DNA of 64,000 nt, taken from Aureliella sp. Its GTDB lineage: Bacteria > Planctomycetota > Planctomycetia > Pirellulales > Pirellulaceae. Below the pieces are notes generated by a model. That model was not told the DNA's origin. It ran no database searches and saw only the letters and a list, made by a program, of their open reading frames with translations. Positions 1 to 10,010 of the stretch are shown here, one piece after another. Numbering within the stretch: position 1 is the stretch's first letter; every line of letters starts with the position of its first letter. The DNA is taken from NCBI GenBank assembly GCA_963691875.1, contig OY829846.1:2368001-2432000 (forward strand), given 5' to 3'. The translations under genes and the position numbers were made by a program.

Positions 1-560
1 GCAAGCTCAAACCGATCGCGGAATGAATTCGACTGTTCAGCCCAATGCTTCCTACCCCAGTTCAAGAATTCATCCAGCTCATCATGCTGTAGGAATGACA
101 AATAGAAGATCATCTGTCGCCAAGCTTAGGCTGAGTTCTTCACAGTGATCAACATGGTATGCCAATGCGACTTCTTGATCTGCAAGCTCTTGCAAATCAG
201 CTCAAAGCATAGTCTCGCCACCTGCGGCGAATGCTGCTGCAACGAATCTAACAAGCCAAGAGACCCAACGACTGGTGCCAAGTTCTGTGTCGGCACGACC
301 CGCTGCTGCTCCATGACCATCCCATTCGCCGCTGTATCCCAGCCAGCGGCTGAGACTCCTGCGGTCGAGTAGCAGAGCTTGGCAAAAGCAGGCGTCCTCT
401 GCTTCCACCTTCCTAGCCAATCCTTCTGAGTGCTAACGCACTTTATGCTACCAATTGCATCGCAGTCAATCGCGTACGATTCCGCATACAAAGTTCCTGT
501 GAGCATATCACCTGCAAGTTCTGCCGCGCGCAAAACTTCGCAGCAAACTCACCGATCGAC
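1..560 (-). pseudogene. Decayed fragment of a conserved hypothetical protein, running off the window start
   Basis: ORF 126..533 stops at TAA (128-126), but the same frame continues open to base 1 (AWRQMIFYLSFLQHDELDEFLNWGRKHW...). Upstream, IGEFAAKF joins LRAAELAG only through a 1-nt shift in a T-run near 533. Confidence 0.55.
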
Positions 561-1978
561 AATCGAACACTTGGGGATTATTCACCGCATCCGGGCTCCG
601 TGCTCTACATGAGCGCTTACGACCAAGACTCCTGGCAGCATGCGATTGGAAGCCAGCCCTTAACCAAGTCCGGAATCAGCCTCTCTTGGTGAGCGATCGA
701 GTAGCCTGCCGCGAACTCGACTAGCTAAGTTCATCACGAGCTTAGGCATTTTTGCGCACCGGCGTCCGGAAGTACCATAGCAGGACAGCCGAAAGTCTTA
801 ACGGCTTTCCCCGCATGATCGACGCAGAACCTTCGCTCTATCCCTACTTAAAGAAAGAAGAGCACTCAATGTCGCACCTAGATTCCGCAACCTGCGACGT
901 ACGCTTGGCCAAATGCACCCAGCAAGGCCCGCGGCGAATCGCCCGGTGATTCCAGGTGCTCCCACTCCCAATCACTTTCGTGTTTTTGCTTTCCAATGTG
1001 CTCCCACTGAGGTTCCCCTTTGCATTCGCCAGACGGCTGCGTGGCGGCAGGTTAAGGCTATCTGAGTACAGACACCTCCAATGCCCAGAGTAGATCGCAC
1101 GTGAGCAACGCCGACAGTGGCTACGTTGCGATTTGGGCTGTCACATTCGCTGCTCGTTTGATTTACGAGATGCTGCGATAGCAATTAGAAAATAACACTT
1201 TTAATTAAGCGACGTTGATACACCCAAGCTGGTCAAGGATTTCCGGCCCCTTTCGGGATTCGAAACTGAGGCGCCGAGAGGGATTCGGCCACTCTGATTC
1301 CAGAGCACGCGAACGCCAAATTAATGCCATTAGCATCCTACGCCACGCCGAGCCCAAAATGAAAACGCCCGGCGAAACCGAAAGGTCGCCTTGAAGCTCT
1401 TGTGCTTCGGACTCAAGGCCGCCAATAGACAACTTCAGTTGACCGGAATTACGATCGGCGAAAACGATTGCAGCAAGCGACAAACAAACTGCCGAAAACC
1501 ACCAGCGAATTTGGCCGTGCAACAGTGGAATTGGCTGAAGAGCAAGAGCCACTAAGGCTAGCCATGGCTTATCGACCTGCGTCAGTTCTTTTCTGCATAT
1601 CAAATGATGGTAGCACTGAGTCATTGAGGCCAAACGTTGAATCCTCGACAGAAACGAGCTCTGCGTCTAGTAATCGGCCCCGAGGCGGCTGCATCTCCAT
1701 TGCTAAATTCGAACCGCGAATAGGGAATTGCTAATGCTTCACGAGGAACGCTGCGATCGGAGAAGATTGCCGATAGTTTTCCTTCGACGAGGTAGATAGC
1801 AACACAGCCGCGATAGGCCGCAAATCTTACCTCGGCTCGGTAGTAGCAAAAGAATGGAGCTTGCCTAAAGCTACGAGTCTCCCTAGCCGATCCAACTTGG
1901 CTATGTGACCCTGCGAATTGCAGCGGTAACAATGGATGGGAGCAGCGAATTCATTGCTTATTTGGTGCCCATTTGCCG

Positions 1979-2007
1979 TTGACGATCCTTGGGGGCACCC
2001 TTAAACT
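1979..2007 (+). promoter_or_regulatory. sigma70-type promoter of the S10 operon
   Basis: TTGACG (1979-1984), 17 nt spacer, TAAACT (2002-2007); about 90 nt upstream of rpsJ. Confidence 0.7.
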
Positions 2008-2097
2008 TCGTACCCTTCCACGCAGGGCGTCTGTCTCGATACGTGGATCGTGTGAATTTTTGGTTCAATTTTTTTGAATTGCTGAAGAGGAAAAGCT

Positions 2098-2412
2098 GTG
2101 GCGGCAGGTAACGAAGTCATTCGAATTCGAATGGAAGCCTACGATCATGCTGTACTCGATCAAAGTGCACAGGAAATCGTAGATACCGCCAAGCGGACTC
2201 ATTCTGAGGTCCACGGCCCCATTCCTTTGCCTACTCGAATCGAGCGGTACACGGTTCTGTCCGGCCCGCACGTTGACAAAAAGGCTCGTCAGCAGTTCGA
2301 GATTCGCACGCACAAACGACTGATCGATATCCAGCAAGCTACCGCGAAGACGATCGAGGCTCTGAACAAGCTGAGTCTTCCTGCCGGTGTTGATATCAAG
2401 ATCAAGCTTTAA
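2098..2412 (+). CDS. rpsJ: 30S ribosomal protein S10
   Basis: [33 protein letters not shown] start with GAGGA upstream. Confidence 0.98.
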   Translation: MAAGNEVIRIRMEAYDHAVLDQSAQEIVDTAKRTHSEVHGPIPLPTRIERYTVLSGPHVDKKARQQFEIRTHKRLIDIQQATAKTIEALNKLSLPAGVDIKIKL

Positions 2413-2559
2413 GTTTAAGACTTCTGCAGGGTCCCGCCGCGGGGCAGCTCTGCGTGTTCTGAAATTTAATTAACTGAGTCCAGCTATGTACGGAGGCTGG
2501 CTAGGTAACGCAGGCTTCGGTCTGGTCCTAGGCGGCAAATCGTTCAACGGGAAAGTGAG

Positions 2560-3252
2560 ATGACTAAGGGAATCCTCGGCCGCAAGGTCGGATCAACGCA
2601 GATTTTCCAGGAAGACGGCACTGTTGTTCCTGTGACTGTAGTAGAAGTCGGTCCTTGTCACGTCTTGCAAGTGAAGACCGTTGAGCGTGACGGCTATGAA
2701 GCCGTTCAGCTGGGCTATCTCGATAAGCCTCGTCGGCTCGCTCCTAAGTCTCAGCGTGGCCAAGTTGCCGCAATCAGCAGCAAGCGGTCGAAGAAGCTGG
2801 CTGCCGAAGGCGTTGAAGCAGTTGCTAAGCCTGGCTGTGAGCCCAAACGATTTGTTCGCGAGCTTCGTGGTTCTTCCGAATTGGAAGTGGGTGCCGAAGT
2901 CACTGCAGCTGTTTTTGATGGTGTGAAGGCAGTCGATGTTACTGGTACGAGCAAGGGCCGTGGTTTCGCTGGTGTGATGAAGCGACACAACTTCAGCGGT
3001 CAGCGGGCTTCTCACGGTGTCAAAAAGTGTCACCGTCACGCTGGTGGTACTGGTATGGCGACTTATCCAGGTCGCGTCTTCAAGGGGCAGAAGATGGCCG
3101 GTCAGTATGGCGCGAAGAAGAAAACGGTTCGCAACTTGAAGATTGCGAAGATTGATACGGAAAACAATTTGTTGCTAGTCCAAGGCGCCGTGCCAGGGCC
3201 TCAAGGCGGTTACGTGGTTGTTCGCGAAACCAACAAGGTTGGCCCTAACTAA
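2560..3252 (+). CDS. rplC: 50S ribosomal protein L3
   Basis: GILGRKVG, DGYEAVQLG, SKGRGFAGVMKRHNF; S10 operon order. Confidence 0.98.
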   Translation: MTKGILGRKVGSTQIFQEDGTVVPVTVVEVGPCHVLQVKTVERDGYEAVQLGYLDKPRRLAPKSQRGQVAAISSKRSKKLAAEGVEAVAKPGCEPKRFVRELRGSSELEVGAEVTAAVFDGVKAVDVTGTSKGRGFAGVMKRHNFSGQRASHGVKKCHRHAGGTGMATYPGRVFKGQKMAGQYGAKKKTVRNLKIAKIDTENNLLLVQGAVPGPQGGYVVVRETNKVGPN

Positions 3253-3281
3253 GACGGTTTTAGGAGCATTTGGGTTCAAAG

Positions 3282-3920
3282 ATGGTTACTTTGCCAGTTT
3301 ATGATTTGAAGGGTTCGGAAGTCGGTAAGATCGACGTCGATCCTGATGCCATCGCGCCAAAGATCAACAAGCAGTTGTTGCACGACGTCGTGGTGATGTA
3401 CTTGGCCAACAAGCGTCAAGGCACCAAGCGAACAAAGCCTCGAGGCGAGGTTTCGGGCACGACCAAGAAGCTGTTCCGTCAAAAGGGAACGGGTAACGCA
3501 CGTGCGGGTTCCAAGCGAGCCCCTCATCGTCGTGGCGGTGGTCATGCGATGCAGCTGCGTCCGCGTTCGTTTTACTATCGCTTGCCCAAGAAGGCGATCA
3601 AGACGGCAACGAAGATGGCGATCGCTTCCAAATTTGCGGATAGTGAAGTCGTCGTGGTTGACAAGATAGAGATGGAGTCGCCCAGCACGCGTAGCTTTGT
3701 TGGTGCCCTCCAGGCACTTGGCCTGACTGGCTCGACTGCAACAGTTGCCTTGGGTGATTACTCGAAAGAGGTTCATTTGAGTGCTCGCAACATTCAGGGC
3801 GTTCAGGTAACGCGAGTTGCGGATTTGAATGCATTGGATATCCTGCGTCCGAAGAAGTTAGTTTTAACGAAGGATGCTGTGGAGTGGATTCAGTCTCAAG
3901 CCAATGGAGCTGCAGCCTAG
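3282..3920 (+). CDS. rplD: 50S ribosomal protein L4
   Basis: RQGT..TK.RGEVSG, RQKGTGNARAG; ATG at 3282 (alternative TTG at 3270). Confidence 0.97.
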   Translation: MVTLPVYDLKGSEVGKIDVDPDAIAPKINKQLLHDVVVMYLANKRQGTKRTKPRGEVSGTTKKLFRQKGTGNARAGSKRAPHRRGGGHAMQLRPRSFYYRLPKKAIKTATKMAIASKFADSEVVVVDKIEMESPSTRSFVGALQALGLTGSTATVALGDYSKEVHLSARNIQGVQVTRVADLNALDILRPKKLVLTKDAVEWIQSQANGAAA

Positions 3921-3949
3921 AAAACAGCTGCGGATTGCGAGGTTAAGTC

Positions 3950-4288
3950 ATGAGCAAGAAATCCAATTCGAATGTAAAAGCCGTTGATGGCAACAAGAAG
4001 GGCTTCGAGCTGGAGCCTCACCAGGTCATCATTCGCCCTTTGGTTACTGAAAAGGGTGTTCACCGCTCGGTACGGAACAACCATTACGCCTTCGAGGTGC
4101 ATCCTCAGGCGACAAAGACTGACGTTCGCCGTGCGATCGAAGAGTTGTTCGAAGTCGAAGTCGACAAGGTGATGACTCAAAACCGCCGCGGAAAGACGCG
4201 TCGTTATCGACATCGTCACGGTGTAACAAGCAATTGGAAGAAGGCAGTTGTGAAGCTCACCTCAGAGCATCGCATTGACTTCTTCTAG
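3950..4288 (+). CDS. rplW: 50S ribosomal protein L23 (short N-terminal extension)
   Basis: IIRPLVTEK, YAFEVH..ATK, WKKAVVKL. Confidence 0.97.
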   Translation: MSKKSNSNVKAVDGNKKGFELEPHQVIIRPLVTEKGVHRSVRNNHYAFEVHPQATKTDVRRAIEELFEVEVDKVMTQNRRGKTRRYRHRHGVTSNWKKAVVKLTSEHRIDFF

Positions 4289-4339
4289 GCCGAACGGAAC
4301 AAATTTATTCGCTATTCGTTAGCGTAGGTAAAGAGCGTT

Positions 4340-5197
4340 ATGGGAATTCGCAAGTACAAGCCGACTTCAGCTGGACGACGCAACGCGTCGGTCAGTGACT
4401 TCGCTGAGCTGACCCCGGGTGCGAAGCCTGAGAAGTCCTTGCTCCGTCCAAAGAAGAAGAAGGGCGGCCGCAATAACCAAGGCAAAATCACAGCACGGCA
4501 TCGCGGCGGCGGTCACAAGCAGCAGTATCGTGTGATCGATTTCAAGCGGAACAAGGATGGTATCCCTGCCAAGGTAGATTCCATTCAGTACGATCCCAAT
4601 CGCTCCAGTCGCATCGCTTTATTGCACTACGCGGATGGTGAGAAGCGTTACATTATTGCCCCTGACGGACTGAAGGCTGGTGACAGTGTTGAGTCCGGCA
4701 ATGAAGTCGCTCCAAAGGTTGGTAACTGCTTGCCGCTCAAGGCAATGCCCGCTGGCACTGAAGTATTCTGCATCGAGTTGCAACCAGGCCGCGGCGGCGT
4801 TTTGTGCCGCAGTGCTGGAACGCTCGCAACTCTGATGGCTCGGGAAGCGGATTGGGCTCAGCTGAGTCTTCCGAGTGGTGAAATTCGCCGTGTGCCAGGC
4901 AATTGCCGAGCGACCATTGGCAAGGCCAGCAACCCTGACCACAGTTCGGTTGTGCTCGGTAAAGCCGGTCGTGCTCGTTGGCTCGGGCGTCGTCCCCATG
5001 TTCGTGGTACCGCTATGAACCCGATCGATCACCCACACGGTGGTGGAGAAGGTCGAACGAAGGGCGGTCGTCACCCGGTTACTCCTCAGGGGCGGCCAAC
5101 GAAAGGTGGTTCGACACGTGCTCGTCGCAAGCCATCGAACAGCTCAATCGTTCGTCGTCGTCGTTCGAAACGTTACGGCCAATTGAAACTGAAGTAA
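4340..5197 (+). CDS. rplB: 50S ribosomal protein L2
   Basis: [39 protein letters not shown]. Confidence 0.99.
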   Translation: MGIRKYKPTSAGRRNASVSDFAELTPGAKPEKSLLRPKKKKGGRNNQGKITARHRGGGHKQQYRVIDFKRNKDGIPAKVDSIQYDPNRSSRIALLHYADGEKRYIIAPDGLKAGDSVESGNEVAPKVGNCLPLKAMPAGTEVFCIELQPGRGGVLCRSAGTLATLMAREADWAQLSLPSGEIRRVPGNCRATIGKASNPDHSSVVLGKAGRARWLGRRPHVRGTAMNPIDHPHGGGEGRTKGGRHPVTPQGRPTKGGSTRARRKPSNSSIVRRRRSKRYGQLKLK

Positions 5198-5242
5198 GAA
5201 AACACAGGCTCTGTATCCAAGTTTGGGTGAGAAGAATTAGAT

Positions 5243-5512
5243 ATGGGACGTTCGACCAAAAAAGGGCCCTTCGTAGATCCAAGACTCTACGGCAAGGTAG
5301 TGAAGGCTCAGGAAGCAGGTTCGCACCAGCCGATCACAACCTGGGCTCGACGTTGCACGATCGTGCCTGAATTCGTCGGCGTGACCTTCATGGTTCACAA
5401 CGGCCGGGCTCACGTGAAAGTCTTGGTAACGGAAGACATGGTAGGGCATAAACTCGGTGAGTTTGCGCCGACCCGGACCTTCCGCGGCCATACTGGTAAG
5501 GGCAAGAAGTAG
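5243..5512 (+). CDS. rpsS: 30S ribosomal protein S19
   Basis: [27 protein letters not shown]. Confidence 0.98.
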   Translation: MGRSTKKGPFVDPRLYGKVVKAQEAGSHQPITTWARRCTIVPEFVGVTFMVHNGRAHVKVLVTEDMVGHKLGEFAPTRTFRGHTGKGKK

Positions 5513-5563
5513 TAAACCTTCGCGGCCGGATGGCTGTGAGACATTTGAGTTAAGGTTGGACAC

Positions 5564-5935
5564 ATGGCATTCAAAGCCACTCACAAATACGCTCGAATCA
5601 GTGCCCGAAAGGTTCGTCCTCTGGCAGATTTAGTCCGTGGGAAGTTCGCAGACGAAGCCTTGGATTTGCTGAAGTATCAGCCGCATCGTGGAGCTCGCAT
5701 GCTTGAAAAAGTGTTGCGTAGCGCGATCGGAAATGCTCAGGATCCTGACCAGAACCGAGGTCAAACTTACAATCCAGAACGACTGATCGTATCAGTCGCG
5801 AAGATTGACGGTGGCCCGACGTTCAAGCGAATTCGGCCGCGTGCACGGGGTATGGCATACGGCATCCTCAAGCGGACAGCCCACATCACTGTGGAGCTGA
5901 GCTTGATGGAGGAGTTTGCTCCAGCTGAGCAGTAA
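5564..5935 (+). CDS. rplV: 50S ribosomal protein L22
   Basis: ARISARKVRPLADLVRG, RIRPRARG, KRTAHITV. Confidence 0.97.
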   Translation: MAFKATHKYARISARKVRPLADLVRGKFADEALDLLKYQPHRGARMLEKVLRSAIGNAQDPDQNRGQTYNPERLIVSVAKIDGGPTFKRIRPRARGMAYGILKRTAHITVELSLMEEFAPAEQ

Positions 5936-5992
5936 TCGAATAACCGTGCAATCGTTTAACAAAAACCGTTCAATCGTTTAGCGAGTTGAGTT

Positions 5993-6715
5993 ATGGGACA
6001 AAAGGTAAACCCAGTAGGATTTCGCACCGGCGTTGTCGTCGGATGGAAGAGCCGCTGGTATGCCTCTAAGAAGGAGTTTGCGGAGCTATTGGTGGAAGAC
6101 CAAAAAGTTCGCAAGTTCATCCGCAACCACCCGGATTCACGCTTCCGCCAGCAATATCGCAACGCGGGAATCGACCGGATTGAAATTGAGCGGACACGAG
6201 ACGAAGTTCGAGTCATGTTGTTTGTGGCTCGACCTGGTTTGATTATCGGTAAGAAAGGCCAAGACGTCGAGAAGCTGCAGGAAGAGTTGCAGTCGCTGAT
6301 CGGTCGTCGCGTCAACTTGAAAATCGAAGAAGTATCGCGACCTGAGCTGCAAGCTCAACTGGTAGCGGACGACATCGCTCAGCAGTTGATGAAACGGGCT
6401 AACTTCCGACGCACGATGAAACGGGCATTAGAAACAACGATGGACGCTGGTGCTAAGGGCATCAAAGTTCAATTGGCTGGCCGACTCGGTGGTGCTGAGA
6501 TGGCACGTCGCGAGAAGGCGAGTGCTGGCTCGTTGCCACTAAGCACTCTGCAAGCCAAAATCGACTACGGTTTCTCCGAAGCGACAACGCCTCAGGGAAA
6601 CCTTGGTATTCAAGTATGGGTAAATCAAGGTTCTTACGCGGGAGACGCGAACGATGGCGCTGATGCCCAAACGGGTCAAGCATCGAAAAAGCCAAAGAGG
6701 ACGCATAAAAGGTAA
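5993..6715 (+). CDS. rpsC: 30S ribosomal protein S3
   Basis: MGQKVNPVGFR, ARPGLIIGKKG, GRLGGAEMAR; 3' end overlaps rplP by 62 nt. Confidence 0.98.
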   Translation: MGQKVNPVGFRTGVVVGWKSRWYASKKEFAELLVEDQKVRKFIRNHPDSRFRQQYRNAGIDRIEIERTRDEVRVMLFVARPGLIIGKKGQDVEKLQEELQSLIGRRVNLKIEEVSRPELQAQLVADDIAQQLMKRANFRRTMKRALETTMDAGAKGIKVQLAGRLGGAEMARREKASAGSLPLSTLQAKIDYGFSEATTPQGNLGIQVWVNQGSYAGDANDGADAQTGQASKKPKRTHKR

Positions 6716-7070
6716 TGCAACTCGCGGTAACAAAGTCGTCTACGGCGACTTTGGACTGCAGTCCTTGGACGCTGGTTGGATCCGTGCGAAGACTATTGAG
6801 GCGGGACGTATCGCGGCGCAACAGTACGTGCGTGGCGAAGGTAAGCTTTACATCCGTATCTTCCCGGACAAGCCGATTTCCTCCAAGCCTTTGGAGACTC
6901 GGATGGGCAAAGGTAAGGGTGAGCCAGAAGCCTGGGTCGCGGTGGTGAAGCCTGGTACAGTTCTATATGAGCTGGCCGGTGTAACGGAGCAGCAAGCCAA
7001 AGTGTGCTTTGCACGTCTTGCGGCGAAGATGCCTGTCAAAGTTCGAATGGTCAAACGCCGCTTGGCGTAG
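6654..7070 (+). CDS. rplP: 50S ribosomal protein L16
   Basis: MPKRVKHRK, RIFPDKP, ETRMGKGKG. Confidence 0.98.
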   Translation: MALMPKRVKHRKSQRGRIKGNATRGNKVVYGDFGLQSLDAGWIRAKTIEAGRIAAQQYVRGEGKLYIRIFPDKPISSKPLETRMGKGKGEPEAWVAVVKPGTVLYELAGVTEQQAKVCFARLAAKMPVKVRMVKRRLA

Positions 7071-7115
7071 ACCTTTCGAGATCCAGAAAAGCAATAAGCA
7101 AACAAGTTATTAGCC

Positions 7116-7322
7116 ATGGATATTAACGAACTTCGAGAGATGAGTGACGAGCAGTTGGAGCTCACCGCTAAAGATGCGGCCAACCAGCTGTTTCGCTTGA
7201 GAGTGAAGGCGCAAACTGAGAAATTGGAGTCGCCTACTGAGAAGCGTCGGAATCGTCGATTGATCGCGCGGGTTCGGACGTTGCAAACCGAGCGAGCCAA
7301 GGCCAAAGAGGCGCAGTCGTGA
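7116..7322 (+). CDS. rpmC: 50S ribosomal protein L29
   Basis: ELREMS..L, LFRLR, IARVRT; position between rplP and rpsQ. Confidence 0.95.
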   Translation: MDINELREMSDEQLELTAKDAANQLFRLRVKAQTEKLESPTEKRRNRRLIARVRTLQTERAKAKEAQS

Positions 7323-7372
7323 ACTCGAGCGTTGCGTGAGTTTTGCAGAACAGTATTTGAGAGTTTAGTTGT

Positions 7373-7762
7373 ATGCCAGCCAGAGTTGCTATCGGAGTCG
7401 TGACGAGCGACAAGGCGTCCAAGACAAGACGCGTTGAGATCAATCGCACGGTCAAGCACCCCAAGTATGGTAAGTATGTCAAGCGCCGGACGGTGTGCCA
7501 CGTTCATGACGAGAACAACGACTCGGCGGTAGGTGATACCGTCGAGATCCAGGAGAGTCGTCCACTGAGTCGCCTGAAGCGTTGGACCTTGCTTCGCGTC
7601 GTCGAGAAAAGCCGCGAGGTCGACCTCGCACAATTGCGTGCTGCGAAACGAGCTACCGGCAACGAGCAGACTGCTGTCATCGACGACTTGTCTGGTAAGG
7701 AAGAGGGCGATGCTCCGGCGGCGGAGTCGAGCGAAGGTGGCGAAGCTGACTCCGAGAGTTAA
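7373..7762 (+). CDS. rpsQ: 30S ribosomal protein S17 with acidic C-terminal extension
   Basis: GVVTSDK, HPKYGK, HDENN, ESRPLS..KRW. Confidence 0.97.
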   Translation: MPARVAIGVVTSDKASKTRRVEINRTVKHPKYGKYVKRRTVCHVHDENNDSAVGDTVEIQESRPLSRLKRWTLLRVVEKSREVDLAQLRAAKRATGNEQTAVIDDLSGKEEGDAPAAESSEGGEADSES

Positions 7763-7823
7763 TCACAGCAAATCAAGCTGAGATTTTCGCCTTAGACATA
7801 TCAAATCAACGATTGTTTAGACC

Positions 7824-8192
7824 ATGATTCAACAAGAAACACGACTAGCCGTTGCCGACAACAGTGGTGCTAAAGAAGTCATGTGCATCAAGGTACTCGG
7901 TGGTAGCCGCCGCCGTTACGCTGGTGTGGGCGATATCATCGTCTGCTCCGTCAAGGCGGTACAGCCTGGCAGTGAAGTTAAGAAGAAGTCGATCGTTCGT
8001 GCGGTTGTCGTGCGCTGCAAGCAACCGACTCGCCGTCCCGACGGAAGCTACATCCGCTTCGACAGCAATGCAGTTGTATTGGTCGACAAAGATGCAAACC
8101 CGCGTGGAACACGGATCTTTGGTGCGGTCGGACGCGAACTTCGCGAGAAGAAGTTCATGAAGATCGTTAGCTTGGCTAGCGAAGTAGTTTAA
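7824..8192 (+). CDS. rplN: 50S ribosomal protein L14
   Basis: [35 protein letters not shown]. Confidence 0.99.
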   Translation: MIQQETRLAVADNSGAKEVMCIKVLGGSRRRYAGVGDIIVCSVKAVQPGSEVKKKSIVRAVVVRCKQPTRRPDGSYIRFDSNAVVLVDKDANPRGTRIFGAVGRELREKKFMKIVSLASEVV

Positions 8193-8235
8193 GTCACAGG
8201 CAGCGAGCAAAGTTAGAAGATTTAGGAACAGTTCG

Positions 8236-8583
8236 ATGCTGATTCGAGAAAACGACGAAGTCCTGGTAATCGCCGGGGTCGACAAAGGCTCACGAGGCAA
8301 GGTTTTGCGTGTCGACCGCGAAAAGAAACGCGTAATTGTTGAAGGCGTGAATAAGGTTCACAAGCACGTTCGTCGAAGCCAAAAAAATCCACAAGGTGGT
8401 CGATTAAGCAAGGAGATGCCGATCGACGCCAGCAACGTCATGCTGCTCGACCCACAGACGGGCAAACGAACCCGAGTTGGCGTTCGTTACCTCCCTGACG
8501 GCAGCAAGGAAAGATTCGCCAAGGGCAGCGGAGCATCACTGGGTGTTATCGCACCACCGAATGCCAAATACGCAAATCAGTAA
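8236..8583 (+). CDS. rplX: 50S ribosomal protein L24
   Basis: D.V.VIAG.DKG..GKV, VEGVN, EMPIDASNV. Confidence 0.97.
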   Translation: MLIRENDEVLVIAGVDKGSRGKVLRVDREKKRVIVEGVNKVHKHVRRSQKNPQGGRLSKEMPIDASNVMLLDPQTGKRTRVGVRYLPDGSKERFAKGSGASLGVIAPPNAKYANQ

Positions 8584-8638
8584 TTAAGAATACTTTTTTC
8601 AGCCCAGCCTGAAACCAAAACACTTAGGTGCCACAGAC

Positions 8639-9199
8639 ATGGTTCCCAGATTACAAGAAGCCTACCAAACCAAGATTCGTGAAGAGCTGGCTAAGCAGCT
8701 AGAAGTCAAGAATCCAATGGCGATTCCCAAGCTGACGAAAATCGTCATCAATATGGGTGTAGGCTCAGCTATTGCAGACAAGAAAAACTTGGAACTGGCG
8801 TACGACGCTCTTACGGAGCTGTCTGGCCAAAAGCCCGTTCAAACGTTGGCTCGCAAGTCAATTGCAGGTTTCAAGTTACGCGAAGGCATGGCGATTGGCT
8901 GCAAGGTCACTCTCCGACGCCAGCGAATGTATGAGTTCCTCGATCGCTTAGTTGCGATCGTCTTGCCTCGAGTGCGGGACTTTCGTGGTGTAAGTCGCAA
9001 GGCTTTCGACGGCAACGGGAACTACAGCCTGAGTTTGACTGAGCAGTTGGTATTCCCGGAGTTGAACCCGGACAAATACACCAAGCCTCAGGGAATGAAC
9101 ATTACCATTTGTACGACTGCCGAAACGAATGACGCCGGGCGATTGTTGCTCGAGATGTTCGGCATGCCATTTCGTGCAGCCAAGCAACCTGCTGCATAG
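8639..9199 (+). CDS. rplE: 50S ribosomal protein L5
   Basis: KIVINMGVG, GQKP, PRVRDFRG, FDGNGNY. Confidence 0.98.
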   Translation: MVPRLQEAYQTKIREELAKQLEVKNPMAIPKLTKIVINMGVGSAIADKKNLELAYDALTELSGQKPVQTLARKSIAGFKLREGMAIGCKVTLRRQRMYEFLDRLVAIVLPRVRDFRGVSRKAFDGNGNYSLSLTEQLVFPELNPDKYTKPQGMNITICTTAETNDAGRLLLEMFGMPFRAAKQPAA

Positions 9200-9247
9200 A
9201 ATCGTTAGAAGTCAGATAGAACATTTTTAGGACCGGATGGATATCCA

Positions 9248-9433
9248 GTGGCAAGCAAAAGCAAAATAGCGAAAGCGAATCGCACGCCTAAGTTTTCTAC
9301 TCGTCGTGAGAATCGTTGTAAGCTCTGCGGACGTCCGCGATCGGTGTATCGCAAGTTTGGCATTTGCAGAATTTGTTTTCGAGAATTGGCAGACCAGGGT
9401 TTAATTCCTGGTGTGCGCAAGGCTAGCTGGTAG
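9248..9433 (+). CDS. rpsN: 30S ribosomal protein S14, short zinc-binding type
   Basis: 61 aa; CKLC and CRIC pairs; IPGVRKASW. Confidence 0.97.
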   Translation: MASKSKIAKANRTPKFSTRRENRCKLCGRPRSVYRKFGICRICFRELADQGLIPGVRKASW

Positions 9434-9557
9434 ACACGCTGCTTCGTCGGCCTCCCGCGGCGGTCGAAGCAGACATTTGTTCGGCACCAAGAAAGACACA
9501 ATTTCAGTCGGTGAAAACTAACTGAGCCATTGATTCAGATAAGGGACACAAACCACG

Positions 9558-9953
9558 ATGATGACCGACCCTATCGCTGACATGCTTACTCGAATCCGGA
9601 ACGCCGTCCGCGTTGAGCGGCAGCATGTGGATATCCCGACCTCGAGGGTAAAGCGTGGTTTAGCCGAGGTTCTGAAGCGTGAAGGATACATTTGGGACTA
9701 CAAGGAACTGGAGGCAGAGCCGGTTGGGCAGCTGCGAATCGAGCTCAAATACGGGCCCAATGGTGAGCGCGTGATTCAGTCGATTCAGCGTGTCAGTAAG
9801 CCTGGACGTCGCGTGTTCAGCAAGAGCCGGGATCTGCGACCTGTCCTAAACGGCCTTGGGATTTCGATCATCAGCACCAGTCAGGGTGTGGTAAGCGATC
9901 GGGAAGCCCGACAGCAGAACATTGGCGGCGAAATCCTCTGTGAAGTTTGCTAA
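9558..9953 (+). CDS. rpsH: 30S ribosomal protein S8
   Basis: TDPIADMLTRIRNA, VSKPGRR, GGEILC. Confidence 0.98.
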   Translation: MMTDPIADMLTRIRNAVRVERQHVDIPTSRVKRGLAEVLKREGYIWDYKELEAEPVGQLRIELKYGPNGERVIQSIQRVSKPGRRVFSKSRDLRPVLNGLGISIISTSQGVVSDREARQQNIGGEILCEVC

Positions 9954-10010
9954 GCCGCCTGTTCGTTCGCCTTCGGTGGTAGTTCAGCCTAAAACATAAA
10001 TTGAAGAACC

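Noticed and set aside
600..1950. Short overlapping ORFs (e.g. 1205..1633 minus) and a duplicated GTGCTCCCACT near 956 and 998
   Set aside because: No recognisable motifs, transposase or terminal repeats; only two short copies; treated as decayed intergenic DNA
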